DNA of 63,272 bases, the filler included, from Lenisia limosa (Eukaryota > Protista > Breviatea): assembly GCA_001655205.1 (NCBI GenBank). It is 10 parts of 10 records of this genome, joined end to end, with 100 filler letters (N's around TTAATTAATTAA, not from the genome) between each part and the next. Parts side by side here need not be neighbours in the genome. Positions count along the whole stretch, not along the records: positions 1 to 9,645 come from LPNZ01010767.1; positions 9,746 to 32,582 come from LPNZ01007902.1; 8 more parts are not named here. One strand, written 5' to 3'. Numbering within the stretch: position 1 is the stretch's first letter; every line of letters begins with the position of its first letter. A program made the translations under genes and the position numbers. Below the pieces are notes generated by a model. The model was not told the DNA's origin and did no database searches. It saw nothing but the letters and a program-made list of their open reading frames with translations. Positions 1-11,399 of the stretch are shown here, piece after piece.

Positions 1-2
1 AG

Positions 3-584
3 GACGCCCCGGCCGCAGCCGAAGCCGCTTCAAAGGCGAAACCGAAGTTGACCCCGGAGCAAATTGCGGCACGGGCAAAACGCGGCCAAATGCTCAAAGA
101 GGTGTGGGGGGGAGTAAATGATTGGGGAAAATGAGTGGGTATTTCATCGTCCCGCTTATTCCAAAACTTCTCTATAGGTGTTTTTCAAGGGCACACTGAT
201 TGTTTTTCAACATCCAAAAGTTTAACCAATTTGTCCATTTTGACCCCTCCAAAGGCTCGGGCCCTGAAGGTGAAGCAAAAGCAGGAGCGGAATAGACTGG
301 CAGCCGAGAAGCGTCGGCAGAAGAAGCTAGAAAAGGAGCAGTTGGAGAAGCAGAAGAAGCAGGAGGAGGCCGAGGCTGAAACTGAAGAAATGAAACGCAA
401 AAGACTGAAAAAGGAGAAAAGAAGGCGCCAACGGAGACGTGAGCGTAAGAGACTCAAGAAAGAGGCAGAAAAAAACCAGCCGAAACGAAGCCGTCGGCTC
501 AAAAGCAAGGGTGACGTTTTCGTGCAGGAAGGTGAAAGTGACTACCACACCTCGGATGGCGAGGATGTGAGAGGGTTGGACTAA
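3..584 (+). CDS. 3' part of a highly charged (K/E/R-rich, coiled-coil-like) protein; exons 3-101 and 255-584
   Basis: Open frame DAPAAAEAASKAKPKLTPEQIAARAKRGQMLKE ends at a GT donor (102). An AG acceptor at 253-254 resumes in frame with ARALKVKQKQERNRLAAEKRRQKK...GLD* (ORF 135..584). Confidence 0.6.
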
Positions 585-1549
585 TGATTCATTGAACCAT
601 CTTGAACAATAATTATAATGTTTTTGTGAGATGAGATGGGATACTATTTCATTTCTTGTTATCATGTTCGGATGTTGAGCTTTGTCCAGTTATTAAAGTG
701 AAATTCATTTAGACTTCACCGACACCCTCACAGGTTGTTCTCAATGAAGGTGTGTATATGTCGACAGATGAGGGAGTCACAGTGTTCAAGGAGCTCATCC
801 CCAATAACGAGGCCCGAAAACGGTGTGATGCCTCTATTGTTTTAATTCATCATCTCTTGCTGTAACCTCTGGTTTGGTTTCCTTTGATTGTGATATACAT
901 GTATTACCATTTGATACTTTTGGTGTTGTGGAGATAATTTACCGTTTTTTTCGTGCCCCTTTCGAAGCAGTTGACCATACAGGTACTTCAAAAGAGAATA
1001 CGCTTTGGAGAAGGGAATCGCGCGGAGAATGATCCACAAAGTCTGTCTAAAGCTTTGTTTCATTGCTCGATTTGCTCCCTAATTCACTGTTGACATTTCA
1101 TGAAATATTGAGCACATACATATGTAGATTTGACCCTGAATTTCAGATCAATGAGTCCAACCGAATGAAAAAAGACTCAGCGTCAATGGACAATGGGCAG
1201 GGCTTCCACCCCAGGAACATTACCTTGGTCATGCGCACAGTCACACACGCCTTCACCCTGCCGGTATGACTTGCGGCCTACTTTCCTTCTCTCTTTGTCG
1301 CCAATTCTGACGTTTCAGTGCTTCTTCATGGGCATTTCAAAGCTCTCTGCAGTCCTCGAAGATCCCAGTATGTCCTTTTATCATTACTGTTCTGCTGTGT
1401 TGCTGCAGTTTTTTTTTTTTTTTTTTTNNNNNNNNNNNNNNNNNNNNNNNNNNNNNNNNNNNNNNNNNNNNNNNNNNNNNNNNNNNNNNNNNNNNNNCTG
1501 CTTAATCTCACACTGGACAGAAAAGTCGAAATTGCGGAAGGTTTCCACT

Positions 1550-4500
1550 ACTCTCAGACTACACAATGAGTTCCGTAAGAACCTTGATCCTGCTCACCTT
1601 GAAATGGAGCACATTGTGGGAGGTATAATAGCAACACTCTCAAGCTCTGTAATTGTTTTCATTTACGCTGGAGTGATGGGATACTGCGCTGCAGAAGCGT
1701 CTGGCCTGGGCTTTGTTTGTTTTGTCAACAGAGTTGATTTGGGGTTTTTGTTTCATAAATTTTCCAATTTTACTCAATATGAGAGAATTTCACGATCTTA
1801 GAGCGATGTCGGAATTGTGCGCTGTCCCCACGAACTCAGACGGGTATGGGGTGTATCTTCACCATCTCTCTCTTTTTGGCAGCGCACGTTGTCGATCTAG
1901 CATTCTTCCCCTTTCTTCTTCTATTCCTCCACACTTCACTCCAGCGTTTTCCGTTCTGACCCCACAGTTTGAGCTGCTGTTCCTGACACCGGAGGAGAGA
2001 GCCGCGCTTGAGTCTTGGGATCTGAGCAACTTCCACACCCCGAGGGAGGTTTGCTGCTCTACACCGCTTTATTACCAGAGGGCATAGTTACAATATAAAA
2101 GAGGACAGCTCCATCTTTGAAGGTTATTAACACTTCAGGTGGAGGATTCACATTATGACCAGAAGCTCCTGCCATACGTGGGCCTGAGGGGAGTTGGTGC
2201 TTTGATGGAGTATTTGGTCTTTGGTAATGATTAGGGCTTCACTTTGGTTCGAAAAAAGACAAAATTTGTCGATAAATCTTCGAAAATTATCGATATTATA
2301 CCGTTATTTTTCGAACCAAAGGAAAGCCCTAGTAGCAATGATTATAGTACACGAGTTAAGTTGATTTTGGATTTCACCTCCCAGTTGCACCAAATGGACA
2401 ATATCATTATCCCTGGTTCGGCACCACCTGAAGGTCCTCCTACTGAAACGGAAAAGAAAGCGTGGGGGGGGGGGGTGGAGAATGTGTATGTGCGGGGATT
2501 ACTTTTACCCATCCTTTCATTTAGACAATATTCATAATTTGCCTTCAACACATTGCTCATGGTTTAGTTCACGTGACGACGTGGATGTTTGGTTCGAGAA
2601 GGAAGTGGAGGTGTTTACTCATTGGATCGTCCCTCACGGTGGGGACTGGCTCCGTATTCCTAGGGCTTCACTTCAGTTCAAAAAGACCGGTACAAATCGA
2701 TAATTTTCGAAGATTTATCAAGAAATTTAGACTTATTCCATATCATTGCACATTTGATGCAATTACTGTCCGCCATTTTCCCTCTCACCCTCACAGCTGA
2801 CGCACCTGAGGATCTCAACCGTGAAGGCGAGGATGAGGATGCTGGCTTCTATGAGTAGGGGCTTTATCATCTAAGTTTCCAATGATGTTGCATTGAGAGA
2901 AAGAAATCACCAAGCTCCTAACTCGGTTTAGGTCAGAACGTCCGCGCCTCATGTCATGGTCCGAACAAGAGCCGCTCAATATGCTGTACAAGATGACGCT
3001 ACCACCAGCCGATAACGAACCCGCACCAGGGCCGCCGGAAGGATGGAAGGATTGGATCACTTACCAGGTACGTACATGATAAGTCCTAATAATGACCAAC
3101 CTCGAAAACTTTCTATATGCTGGGGAGGCACGCAGAAAGCTGCACAGGTACACAGAGTTTTAATTGAGTGAATTATTAATATACTATAATCCAATATCTC
3201 TTATACCGTGATGGTGTGGACGGCTTCGGCCTAATTTTTTATTTTCGTTGCTATATATCCTCACCTCACCCCCCCCCCCCCNNNNNNNNNNNNNNNNNNN
3301 NNNNNNNNNNNNNNNNNNNNNNNNNNNNNNNNNNNNNNNNNNNNNNNNNNNNNNNNNNNNNNNNNNNNNNNNNNNNNACCTAGCACTTTTACCCCCCACT
3401 TTGGAATGCGACGTCACCGTCTGTCCCAGGTGTGTGGCTTGGGAACTCTTTCGCTCCAGTGCATTCTTTCAACTCTTCGGTCGTGTTTGATATTCTTACC
3501 ATATTATAATTGTATTTATGAGTAATCGTACCTCATTACTGAAGTAGTATTTAAGCGAGTGGCCTGAGCTTTGTTTTGTTGTTCTCAACCCTCGTGTTTT
3601 GTTTGGCAACATAGTTGATTTGCGCTTTTTTTTTGTTTTGTTTTATAAAACTTCCCGTTTACCCACCCACCTCCCAGCTGGTTTGAGGGCTCTCTTGAGG
3701 AGTGGACCGCCATGCCGCTGTGGACGCGAATGGCCAATCATGTGACATTCTTGTGCAACAAGGTCATGGGCTCGACTGAAGACCACAAGCAACTTTGTGT
3801 TGAAATGCAGGATATTGTGCAGGTGAGGGTATAGTTGTCATGGCTGTTTTCGTCCTCCCCGTTCTCTTTTCCTTCCTAACCCCCCCCCCCCCNNNNNNNN
3901 NNNNNNNNNNNNNNNNNNNNNNNNNNNNNNNNNNNNNNNNNNNNNNNNNNNNNNNNNNNNNNNNNNNNNNNNNNNNNNNNNNNNNNNNNNNNNNNNNNNN
4001 NNNNNNNNNNNNNNNNNNNNNNNNNNNNNNNNNNNNNNNNNNNNNNNNNNNNNNNNNNNNNNNNAGTACTAATCACGAACCGAATAATCTGAAGTGGGGT
4101 GAGGTCTTTACTTGTGTTGTTACTAGGGCTTCACTTCGATTCGAAAAAGACTGGATTTCTCGATACATCCTCGATATATTTCGATATATATTTCGATAGT
4201 TCTTACGGAGTGTTGCCGAAGCAAGGTAATCCTTCAACCCTGTGACCCCCCCCCCCCCNNNNNNNNNNNNNNNNNNNNNNNNNNNNNNNNNNNNNNNNNN
4301 NNNNNNNNNNNNNNNNNNNNNNNNNNNNNNNNNNNNNNNNNNNNNNNNNNNNNNNNNNNNNNNNNNNNNCGCATGACTGGTCAGTCCGCGCCGGGCTATC
4401 CGTTTGAGCACTGGCTAGATTACGGCACTGACAGCAAATTGGAGGTGTGATGGGGGATGATCGTATAATAGATGTTGGATTTTTGACACTTGTCTGACTG

Positions 4501-4933
4501 TCTAGACTTTGGATAAAGTACGAGTGCCTCTCAAAGACCTCAGCTACACCTTTGTGGATGTTCCGTCACCGGATGGTGCCGATGCTATAGGTAGGGTGGG
4601 GGTCTGATAAAGGGCTTCACTTCGGTTCGAAATATACTGGTAAAATGTCGATAGTTTTCGAGGATTTATCGAGAAATTCTGTCTTTTTTTGAACCGAAGT
4701 GAAGCCCTAGTCTTATAGCTCTAGAATCCTGTTCTTACTTCCGTTTAAACTGTTCAGTGGAGGAAACTGATGAGAACCTCAACGCCGCCGCCGAGACCGC
4801 CGCGGTATCTGAACCAAGTGCTTCGTTGCAAAAGGAAGAGGAGGAAGAGGAAGAGGAGGATGATGAAGAGGAGGAGGAAGACGATGATGATGACCCTGAA
4901 GACTATGAACATGATGATAGTCAAGGTGATTAG
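1550..4933 (+). CDS. Multi-exon hypothetical protein with acidic (D/E) C-terminal tail; 5' end approximate
   Basis: More than 10 GT-AG bounded exons, phase-compatible where checked, e.g. FELLFLTPEERAALESWDLSNFHTPRE | VEDSHYDQKLLPYVGLRGVGALME | LHQMDNIIIPGSAPPEGPPTETEKK | ...SERPRLMSWSEQEPLNMLYK...WKDWITYQ | WFEGSLEEWTAMPLWTRMANHV... | ...EEEEEDDDDDPEDYEHDDSQGD* (stop 4931-4933). No family recognised. Confidence 0.65.
2232..2331. mobile_element. MITE family A (~100 bp, ~29-bp TIR GGGCTTCACTTCGGTTCGAAAAAAGAC, TA-flanked), intronic
   Basis: TA-GGGCTTCACTTTGGTTCGAAAAAAGAC...TTTTTCGAACCAAAGGAAAGCCC-TA. Confidence 0.85.
2661..2737. mobile_element. MITE family A, partial copy
   Basis: Left TIR TAGGGCTTCACTTCAGTTCAAAAAGACCGG plus core; right TIR missing. 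Confidence 0.7.
4124..4200. mobile_element. MITE family A, partial copy
   Basis: TAGGGCTTCACTTCGATTCGAAAAAGACTGG plus core; ends near an exon acceptor. Confidence 0.7.
4611..4709. mobile_element. MITE family A, full copy
   Basis: AGGGCTTCACTTCGGTTCGAAA...TTTTTGAACCGAAGTGAAGCCCTA. Confidence 0.85.
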
Positions 4934-5346
4934 GTAGTTTTGAAATTCTGAGTTAAATGTATATTATATGATACCCTTTATTTGACAAATCTCTTCTAAA
5001 CTCTTTATCAGCCCTGGAACAGAATTCTCCTTGTTCTTATAAAAAAGGGTCCACTTTCACAAACATTCGATTATAAATATGGTACATTAGAATACAATAA
5101 AAAAAAACCTTGTTACACGCTACCTTGAGATGGAGATCACTCCAGGCTTGCCTGAACCCTGGGGTTTTGCTAGAGTGTTAACATAATTTAGAATTTATTT
5201 AACATACTCTTAGAGAGGGTGGTGAAGTGCCCCCCCCCCCCACANNNNNNNNNNNNNNNNNNNNNNNNNNNNNNNNNNNNNNNNNNNNNNNNNNNNNNNN
5301 NNNNNNNNNNNNNNNNNNNNNNNNNNNNNNNNNNNNNNNNNNNNNN

Positions 5347-6402
5347 TCAGGCTGAGTTCGAAGCATCTGGAGAGCAGAGAAAAGAAGAGGACTACAAAGT
5401 CATAACATCTGTTACAGCATTGATTGCATATAGGATATGTATGTATTGAATAGTTGTATGCCATTACAGATATGATACACATATTGTACTGATACACCAC
5501 ATACACATTTTGTCTTGACACTTCTGATGGAAGGTTCAACTCATCAGCGATATCCTCCCTCGAAATAGCCGCAATTGGCTGCCCGGATTCTTGGGGGGGG
5601 GGGTGAAAAATAAATTACTAAAACACACACACGCCAACACGCCAACACGGCTTACCCGGGCGCATGACTGACGAGGTGTGGTTGTAGCCGACAAAGTTGA
5701 GGTACTCCAGAACCAACTCATTCAGCAGGACAACTTCGTGGGACAGTGCTGGTCGCTTCGTGTCCTGCAGGGGAGGGGGGGGGGGTAAATTGAAAATTGT
5801 GAAAAGAAAAGAGAAATCCTAAAATCAACGTGATGGAACTGTATGAAACAATCCTGTTGGCTAAGCATTGAGGGGAGGCAATGTTTTATTTGGAAATAAA
5901 AAAGCAAAATTGAGAAGCAAAACCCCAAAAACATACAATATTTAAAGCAAGGAAAGAGGAGAAGAAGGAAACGGGAAAATAAAGGGGGAATCTGAAACAA
6001 AACACCCATAAAACATCTCAATTCAAAACAAACAACAAATAAATCATTAAAACAACACCAAAAAAAGCCCTGGCTGGTCGATTCTGCGCCAGAGTGATAA
6101 AGAGAAAGTGTTGAGAAGCACAGGGAAAAGCGAAGTATGCTTTACTCAACATGATAAGACAATACCCGGTAAATGAAAATTAATTAAACATGGCTTCATG
6201 CATTCAAAGAACATTTCTACTTGATACGGATAAGGTGCAGCCTTACCTGTTCGTCAAGAGAGTTGAAGATCTCAGACCGGATTTGAGCCCTCATAGAGTC
6301 TAAGACTCCTCGTTGGTCCAAATTATCACGAAGAGCTAGTATAAGATTATGATGGTAAGAAAGAAGGACCCTACCTTGCTTTAGATCTTCCATTGAAGCC
6401 AT
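5347..6402 (-). CDS. CEP20: FOR20/FOPNL (CEP20) LisH-domain centrosomal/basal-body protein; 3' end runs into a gap
   Basis: Spliced translation MASMEDLKQ-ALRDNLDQRGVLDSMRAQIRSEIFNSLDEQ-DTKRPALSHEVVLLNELVLEYLNFVGYNHTSSVMRPESGQPIAAISREDIADELNLPSEVPLLFSALQML matches the remembered FOPNL pattern (L.D.LE..GVL..LKARIRAEVF.AL...RP.LSHE..LINELI.EYL.F..Y..T.SV...ESGQP...PLL). Confidence 0.85.
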
Positions 6403-6529
6403 TTTGAGACCTTCAATTTTCAACGTCCCTTCTTTTTCTCCACCTTCCAACCACCTTCTCTAATTAATTCCTATTCCTTCCCGTTGTTCCAGTTGTTTTT
6501 TTTTTTAAAACAATAAATTTTAAAAAGGG

Positions 6530-9500
6530 ATCTTTTGATCTGTATCTGCTCTCTCGAGGATGGCTTGTCAATATGATGAGGTCCACTTGCTTTTGAACTC
6601 GTGGTTGAGCCGAATATGATATATTATATTATGTCAGCTCCGCCCCCCCCCCCCAANNNNNNNNNNNNNNNNNNNNNNNNNNNNNNNNNNNNNNNNNNNN
6701 NNNNNNNNNNNNNNNNNNNNNNNNNNNNNNNNNNNAACAATACAGATGAAGCTTGAGATGAATAGATGGTGAGTTGATGGTGAGAGCCCAATTTTGGAAA
6801 TGAACGAAATATATGACACTTCATTTGAAAATAGGAAACAAGAGAAAGAACATAGCAATAAACAAATAAATAAAGGGCGGGAGAATGGCTAAGACGAGAT
6901 CTTTGCAGTTTCATTGGCCACGAAAAGATGCAGCTCTTCGACCAGCTCCCTACTGACAACATCTGCTGCGTGAAAGAGATATTGTTTGCTCAAAGGGCTA
7001 CAAAACAAACTTCAAAGATAGTTATGATAGGACAAGGCCCCACTGCCACAGTTTATAATAGATATCGATAAAGCTAAGATAGAAAACACGGATTGTCCGC
7101 AAACCCGCATCAAATAAGGTCAGTGCCTTCTTTATGGACTCAAGAACCAGTGCCTTTTGCTCGGCTGACGGGGCTTCCTCGGAACCTGGGGGTGGGGATG
7201 TTGAACTATGAAAAGCTTGTGCTGTATTCAGTGATGGTAGAATGTAATATAAACTGATCTTGAACAATATGACCAAAGAAGTGGATAGCCCCATCTCTTT
7301 TTGAGATCCTGAAGCATACCTCTTAACACGAAAGTTGTCACTTTATGTAGCTCCTTGAAAAAGACTGGTACTTCTGTCAAGTGCTTCAAGAGATTTGTGT
7401 GGATGAAAGTCAGCATTTGTAGCACTCTTTCAATGAATCCTGGGGAGTTCAGCTAATTGTTTCAATTGGCTTTCATCAAAATGAGAAAACAAGAGTGGCT
7501 CTTCTAAGTAATCTTCAAACCTGAGTAGTAGAGTTTTGTACACAAGGGTCCTGAGACATTAGTAACAATAGCGATTAAAGATATCACAAATAAATACCCC
7601 CACTTGAATGCCTTGTTTAAATACCCCCTTGAATGCCTTGTTTAAATACCCCACTTGAATGCCTTGTTGCTGCCTCCAACAGTTCAACCCCACTCAGAGC
7701 AGTCTCGAGGCAAAACGACCCTCTTGGTGGAGAAAACACTGCCAAGGTAAGGTAAGGGGTTCCAGTGAGAGCTAAAGGAATTGTTGGTTGTTTCTATCAC
7801 GATTTGTGGGCAAACAAGAAAGATGTAAACGATACAAAATCTTAAATGGGGTTCTTTATCTCAAAAATAAGACTTGCCCTTCTAAATACAGGGAAATCCT
7901 CATCAAAACAATATTATTTACCCATTTAGAACACAATATAATCATCAAAAAAGCAAAGAGCGCGGGAAATATCAGACAAACACGTACTTGATAAGAGATG
8001 CGACGCGAATGCGAAGAGTCCTGAGGGTTCTAGATCTTCTCCAGTAATCTTGTTTGTCAGAGGCCTCTATCCAACAGCAACTAGTATAAATTGATGGAAG
8101 TACTACAAACCCATTCACCTGCTTAAGAATATCGTTAACAACGTGAGGGTGAGTCAAGAGTAACTTTCCCAGATCGTCTTTATCTAAAAAAGTAAATGGA
8201 AAACTTTGTCCGTTGTAAACCACTTAATAACCCTCAACATCAGCAACAATGAAAAATATAACAAGGTTCGAGAAAGATGACGAGACTGATCCATGACCCC
8301 CACCCACCCCTGTGGATATTGAGAAGCAAAAGTATAGCGCCGGCAGCAACGTCCGGCTGCGGGCTTCGAATGTACTGGATGGCCACTTTGGCGCCGCCGC
8401 GACTTTTGATAGTTCCTGGGTCTACAGCAAGGTCATCAAAGTACATACCCTGAAAAACAGTTTTTGTCCCCCTACAGGCTTTGGCCAGAAGAGCCAAGGT
8501 ATGAAGCATGTCAAACTGAAGGTCAATATCCGGACCGGACTCAAGTGCGTGGAGAAGCTACATTCGTAAATCCTGCCTTGAGCTTTGAACTATAACGTCT
8601 TCTAAAGAGGGTTTCACTCCAACCTTGACGTGCACTTCTTGGTAGACCAAGGCGTCAAGTTGAGACCTCGATACTACACGATTATTTAGATAAAAAACGG
8701 CCGGCTATTCCAGCTACCACTCTCCTCACCATCAGTATTCCAGCTATCACTCTCTCCTCACCATCAGTATTCCAGCTACCACTCTCTCCTCACCATCAGT
8801 AGCAGCACGGCGGAGAAGAACGACGATCATTTCAAAGGCGATCTTAGGTGCCTGGCTTCGCATTTCCAACACCAGCAGAAGGTGGCGCTGGGACAGTAAA
8901 TTGCGAACTACGGACGACCAACACCTCTTCTGTCTAGCACTCAAGACAAAGGGTTGGTACAGTGAACATAACAGTACTATCTATATAATGGGGGGGGGGG
9001 GGCAANNNNNNNNNNNNNNNNNNNNNNNNNNNNNNNNNNNNNNNNNNNNNNNNNNNNNNNNNNNNNNNNNNNNNNNNNNNNNTATTGGATTTTAACTACT
9101 TGAAAATCAGTGAATACCTGTAAACGCGGGGAGGACAAAACTGCATTTGTTGATTGCGACTTTTCTACAAAGCATTACAAAAGATATGTCATAAATGATA
9201 TAATAATAAATTTATGGAGAAGGACGCGGAGAATGTTGAATAACAACGCCTACCATTTGTGAGAGAGAACAGGAGACGGAGGGTGCTTTCGATCACATCA
9301 GAGAAAGGGTGCCTGAAATGGATTACAATTTCAATAGCACCAGTGACCAAAACAATGAAGTAAGCACACCCCACCCCCCGCACCATCTTAAGCCATCCCC
9401 CCGTACCGTCTTAAAACATCCACGGCAATATCAGCAATTCCCGGTACGTCTGGGTCATCAGGTTTGCCTTTGTCATTGAGGGCGTCTGAGCCGAAACAAA

Positions 9501-9545
9501 TCTTGGCTCGGAACGTGTGGCCTAAATGCCCCGTCAGAATGCATG
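6530..9545 (-). CDS. Multi-exon hypothetical leucine-rich helical (possibly ARM/HEAT-like) protein; boundaries approximate
   Basis: Minus-strand open segments with splice signals: ...DPDVPGIADIAVDVLRR, HPFSDVIESTLRLLFSLTN, LLLVLEMRSQAPKIAFEMIVVLLRRAATD, LHALESGPDIDLQFDMLHTLALLAKAC, GGAKVAIQYIRSPQPDVAAGAILLLLNIH, KALVLESIKKALTLFDAGLR. The helical-repeat call rests on composition only. Confidence 0.45.
7592..7668. repeat. 3x ~25-27-bp tandem repeat
   Basis: AAATACCCC(C)(A)CTTGAATGCCTTGTT(T) x3. Confidence 0.9.
8706..8799. repeat. 3x 30-32-bp tandem repeat
   Basis: TATTCCAGCTA(C/T)CACTCT(CT)CCTCACCATCAG x3. Confidence 0.9.
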
Positions 9546-9645
9546 TTGAAATGAGAAACAGTTCTGTTTCATCTAAAAAAAAGGAAGTATCTGATCGAAG
9601 CCGTCCATTCAGGATCCTGATGATCGTAAAATGCTAATATTTCGT

Positions 9646-9745
9646 NNNNNNNNNNNNNNNNNNNNNNNNNNNNNNNNNNNNNNNNNNNNTTAATTAATTA
9701 ANNNNNNNNNNNNNNNNNNNNNNNNNNNNNNNNNNNNNNNNNNNN
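9646..9745. other. Artificial scaffold-joining spacer N44-TTAATTAATTAA-N44 (also at 32583, 39511, 41384, 45825, 48911, 53535, 55748, 58505)
   Basis: Identical 100-nt structure with a stop-in-all-frames 12-mer, repeated nine times. Confidence 0.97.
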
Positions 9746-9974
9746 ATATATCATATATGATATGTATATTATGTAATATATCGATATACATGTACATATG
9801 CATATGATATAACATATTTTAATATGTAACAGTATACTAATAGTATTGCATTATGTACACCCCTAGAGTGAAGCTCACACCATGCAAATAAGAGAGATAG
9901 CTGTTGACTTTTCTTTCATATTTATGTAGTGTGCTGTATCAAACATAAACTCCACCAATATGGAGTTCTTTTTA

Positions 9975-11040
9975 ACGCCCGCTGAATAGTATCATGTGGT
10001 CGGGTCCAAGCACCCCGCCCACTTCAACCTTGTCGGTACTGACACTCTTTTCGTCATCCTTTCCTTCAGGTTCTGGCGGTGGTGGGAGCAATGAAGATAT
10101 TCTTAGTGTGTCAAGTCAGACAAGGAAGTACCTTTTATCAGGGCAATTTGTTTCTGGTTTGGGTTGTCGTTTACGACGAGACATGCGACGAAGAGGGGCT
10201 GAAAAGATAAAATGACAAGAGCAGAAGGCGGAGGCAACAGATTATCAGCATCAACCAGCTTACGTGTAACCTTCTTGACTTTTCTCAGCTCTGGAACCTC
10301 AATTGTCTTTGGGTGTACAGGAATAGTTCTTCCCCACAATGTGGTATCTTCACCTGCAGGCTTGGATATTCGCTTCATTACCTTTGGAGGGGCCAACTCA
10401 TGAACAACCATCTCATCCTTCAACAATTCTTCTTCATTTAGTCTGGTTTCCTCTAAATCATATCATCCCAATATAATAAATTTTAAAACTCAAAATCAGT
10501 AATACAGCATCAAGTCATGAGTGGAATATAAGCTGAATAGAACATGGTTAATATAATAAGGAACACACCTTTGGAGGGTGCATCATTTGGGTCAGGTTCC
10601 GAAGAGACTTCTTCAGTCTAAAGACAAATTAAAACTGTGAAGAAAACTAACACAGTTTTTACTTCAGTTCCTACGCCTCAATTGGAGACAAATGCTGACT
10701 CTCTTGATTCCAGTAAGCCAGAATAGAACAATATCCCGACATTCTTCNNNNNNNNNNNNNNNNNNNNNNNNNNNNNNNNNNNNNNNNNNNNNNNNNNNNN
10801 NNNNNNNNNNNNNNNNNNNNNNNNNNNNNNNNNNNNNNNNNNNNNNNNNNNNNNNNNNNNNNNNNNACAGGCAAGCTGGTGATGCTCTTCATCATTTTAG
10901 TCTAGAGGATTACGGAGGACGATAGTCTTGACTAGTAATTCTTCAAATAATAGTTTAAAAACAATCAAACAAGCCCTCTAAATATTACCTCACCAAAGAC
11001 TCCAAGTGAGCAACGTCGGAGTCAAGATCCTCTGGTGAGT
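9975..11040 (-). CDS. Hypothetical protein (several exons; largest ~10103-10450)
   Basis: ORF 10103..10426 (LKDEMVVHELAPPKVMKRISKPAGEDTTLWGRTIPVHPKTIEVPELRKVKKVTRKLVDADNLLPPPS) has protein-like composition and flanking splice-like signals. Confidence 0.35.
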
Positions 11041-11399
11041 AGTCCATTTTGGATTTTTCATGTCATTGAAGGGGGTGCTTGTATTGAGTCCTGGAGTATC
11101 CTGGAATTAGTCTGCCTGTTGATGTGTGATGTGGGGACTGGAGTTGGAATAAATACTGAGGTGGATGGAGGAGGAGCAGGGAGGAGAAAAAAAGAAGAGT
11201 TGTGGGGGGAGGGGCACCGCGCCCCCTTCATACTCCCCCCCCCCCCTTTCATTTTTCCNNNNNNNNNNNNNNNNNNNNNNNNNNNNNNNNNNNNNNNNNN
11301 NNNNNNNNNNNNNNNNNNNNNNNNNNNNNNNNNNNGCTACCACAACCAACAACGACCCGACACCCCGACACCCACGATTTTTAGAAGCTGATAAGAAGC

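Noticed and set aside
185-665. Minus-strand ORFs 185..508 and 327..665
   Set aside because: They are antisense shadows of the low-complexity K/E/R-rich plus-strand exon.
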